IMG/VR virus record: IMGVR_UViG_3300028833_000069
DNA from: a virus
Taxonomy: Duplodnaviria; Heunggongvirae; Uroviricota; Caudoviricetes
DNA length: 64,000 nt
Strand: one strand, 5' to 3'
The notes beneath the pieces are model-generated. The model saw only the letters and a list, made by a program, of their open reading frames with translations, ran no database searches and was not told the origin of the DNA. Numbering within the stretch: position 1 is the stretch's first letter; every line of letters starts with the position of its first letter. Of this stretch, positions 63,069 to 64,000 are shown piece by piece. The position numbers and the translations under genes are program-made.

Positions 63069-64000
63069 TGTAAAATTAAATTAGTACTTGGCATTACAAG
63101 ATTACCATTTTGTGCTTGATCCCAAGCAACAGCTTGTCCATAAGTAGGAGTGCTGATTAAAGGCCCTTGATTAACAAGAGTATTAACATCAACAGGAGCT
63201 GTGTTAGTAAGTTTCATAAAGATAGGAACTCTATAAAGATTAGAGAACCAACCTTCCTTGAAATTCAAGTGAGCATCTTTATCTTTTAACTTACTATTAT
63301 ACTGAGCATAAACTCTAGCAATAGCAGCTTCCTCTTCTTTCTTTTCTGGACCTTTAAGCTCGTTTAAATATATGTTGGAATCATCATCTACAATCTTACT
63401 GGAGGTAATACCAGTAAACACAATGTACTGACTCATGTTGTCTCCAGCACCAGCTTGATAATTACCATTATTATCAATATAACCACCAAAGCCATTGTTA
63501 TGTAAAAGTGTTTGCTGTTCTTCACTAGTAAGTGGTACTGGAGATTTCTTTATCCTATCAACAATAGCTTCAAATTGTGCAAGTCTATCAAAATCAATTT
63601 CTCCATTTGGAGTAGTTGGAACCCAAACATTGACTACCTCATTCCCATCATATACTATGCTGTCAAGTGTGTTCTCAGTGATTTTTTGATTACCAGCATA
63701 AATTCTAGTTTTATCAATCACACCACCTAGACCACCATTTAAAGCAACTGTTGCAGGAGTTTTTGTTATTCTATTGTTATTTGCATCAGCAAGATAACCC
63801 ATTCCAGTACCATGTAATTGAAGATTATACTCAGGCATTTTATCACTTGTGATATTAAGTGTAGTCTGTCCAAGAGAACCTTGTGTAAGCTGTTGTAAGC
63901 TTGTCATGTTTCTCTTTTGCTTGAGTTCCTCTTCTTCTTTAGCACCTGCTGCTTTTGTAAGAGATGCATCAAAATCTGCTGAATGTTCATATTCATTATC
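63065..64000 (-). CDS. 3' part of a late protein extending beyond the window
   Basis: The frame stays open from 64000 (DNEYEHSADF...) into the MTSLQQ ORF; ends TGA with an ATGA overlap. Confidence 0.8.
   Translation of the reverse strand, partial: DNEYEHSADFDASLTKAAGAKEEEELKQKRNMTSLQQLTQGSLGQTTLNITSDKMPEYNLQLHGTGMGYLADANNNRITKTPATVALNGGLGGVIDKTRIYAGNQKITENTLDSIVYDGNEVVNVWVPTTPNGEIDFDRLAQFEAIVDRIKKSPVPLTSEEQQTLLHNNGFGGYIDNNGNYQAGAGDNMSQYIVFTGITSSKIVDDDSNIYLNELKGPEKKEEEAAIARVYAQYNSKLKDKDAHLNFKEGWFSNLYRVPIFMKLTNTAPVDVNTLVNQGPLISTPTYGQAVAWDQAQNGNLVMPSTNLILQ

Larger units (their letters stand above)
1..64000. other. Segment of a crAss-like phage genome (Bacteroidetes host inferred)
   Basis: crAss-type gene order (PolB, DnaB-like, AAA, primase, thyX, RNR), giant opposite-strand proteins with a two-barrel RNAP, TAG read-through in the late arm, group I introns, and A/T-rich start contexts without obvious Shine-Dalgarno motifs. 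Confidence 0.93.

Noticed and set aside
1972-63730. Short opposite-strand or nested ORFs in the track (e.g. 1972, 9320, 10120, 25406, 33781, 47102, 52108, 62628)
   Set aside because: They shadow longer motif-bearing genes, have I/F/S-rich antisense composition and carry no recognisable motifs
63065-63907. MTSLQQ as the start of a 280-aa gene
   Set aside because: The frame is open to the window edge, so the gene starts upstream
1-64000. CRISPR array, rRNA, integrase or IS element
   Set aside because: No regularly spaced repeats or matching motifs seen

Overview
A 64-kb internal segment of an AT-rich crAss-like (Crassvirales-type) Bacteroidetes phage genome, made of two convergent arms that meet at a bidirectional hairpin terminator (~36.15 kb). 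The + arm (1-36117, about 47 genes) carries accessory and host-takeover genes: Ro60/TROVE, tRNA-Phe, NADAR, phosphoesterases, a radical SAM enzyme with three ETNSSSxHS paralogs, and a ClpP-like protease. It also carries replication genes (PolB, SF2 and DnaB-like helicases, AAA ATPase, primase, nucleases), nucleotide metabolism genes (thyX, nrdD, nrdG, dut) and a complete ubiquitin-like cassette (Ubl-E2-JAB-E1). The JAB gene is split inside its JAMM motif by a group I intron carrying an antisense LAGLIDADG gene. The - arm looks fragmented under code 11. Reading TAG as sense (13 in-frame TAGs, traced by hand) and removing a second group I intron, which sits inside the RNA polymerase DxDxD motif, resolves it into five abutting genes (2709, 1664, 2413, 288 and 1568 aa) plus a partial upstream gene; these include the two halves of a two-barrel virion RNA polymerase. 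After this reconstruction, each of the four junctions between the five proteins has a Cys at the C-terminus of the upstream protein and a Cys at the N-terminus of the next, although Cys is only ~0.24% of residues. This suggests a head-to-tail, cysteine-linked chain of virion cargo proteins. Family calls are from motif recognition by eye; no searches were run.
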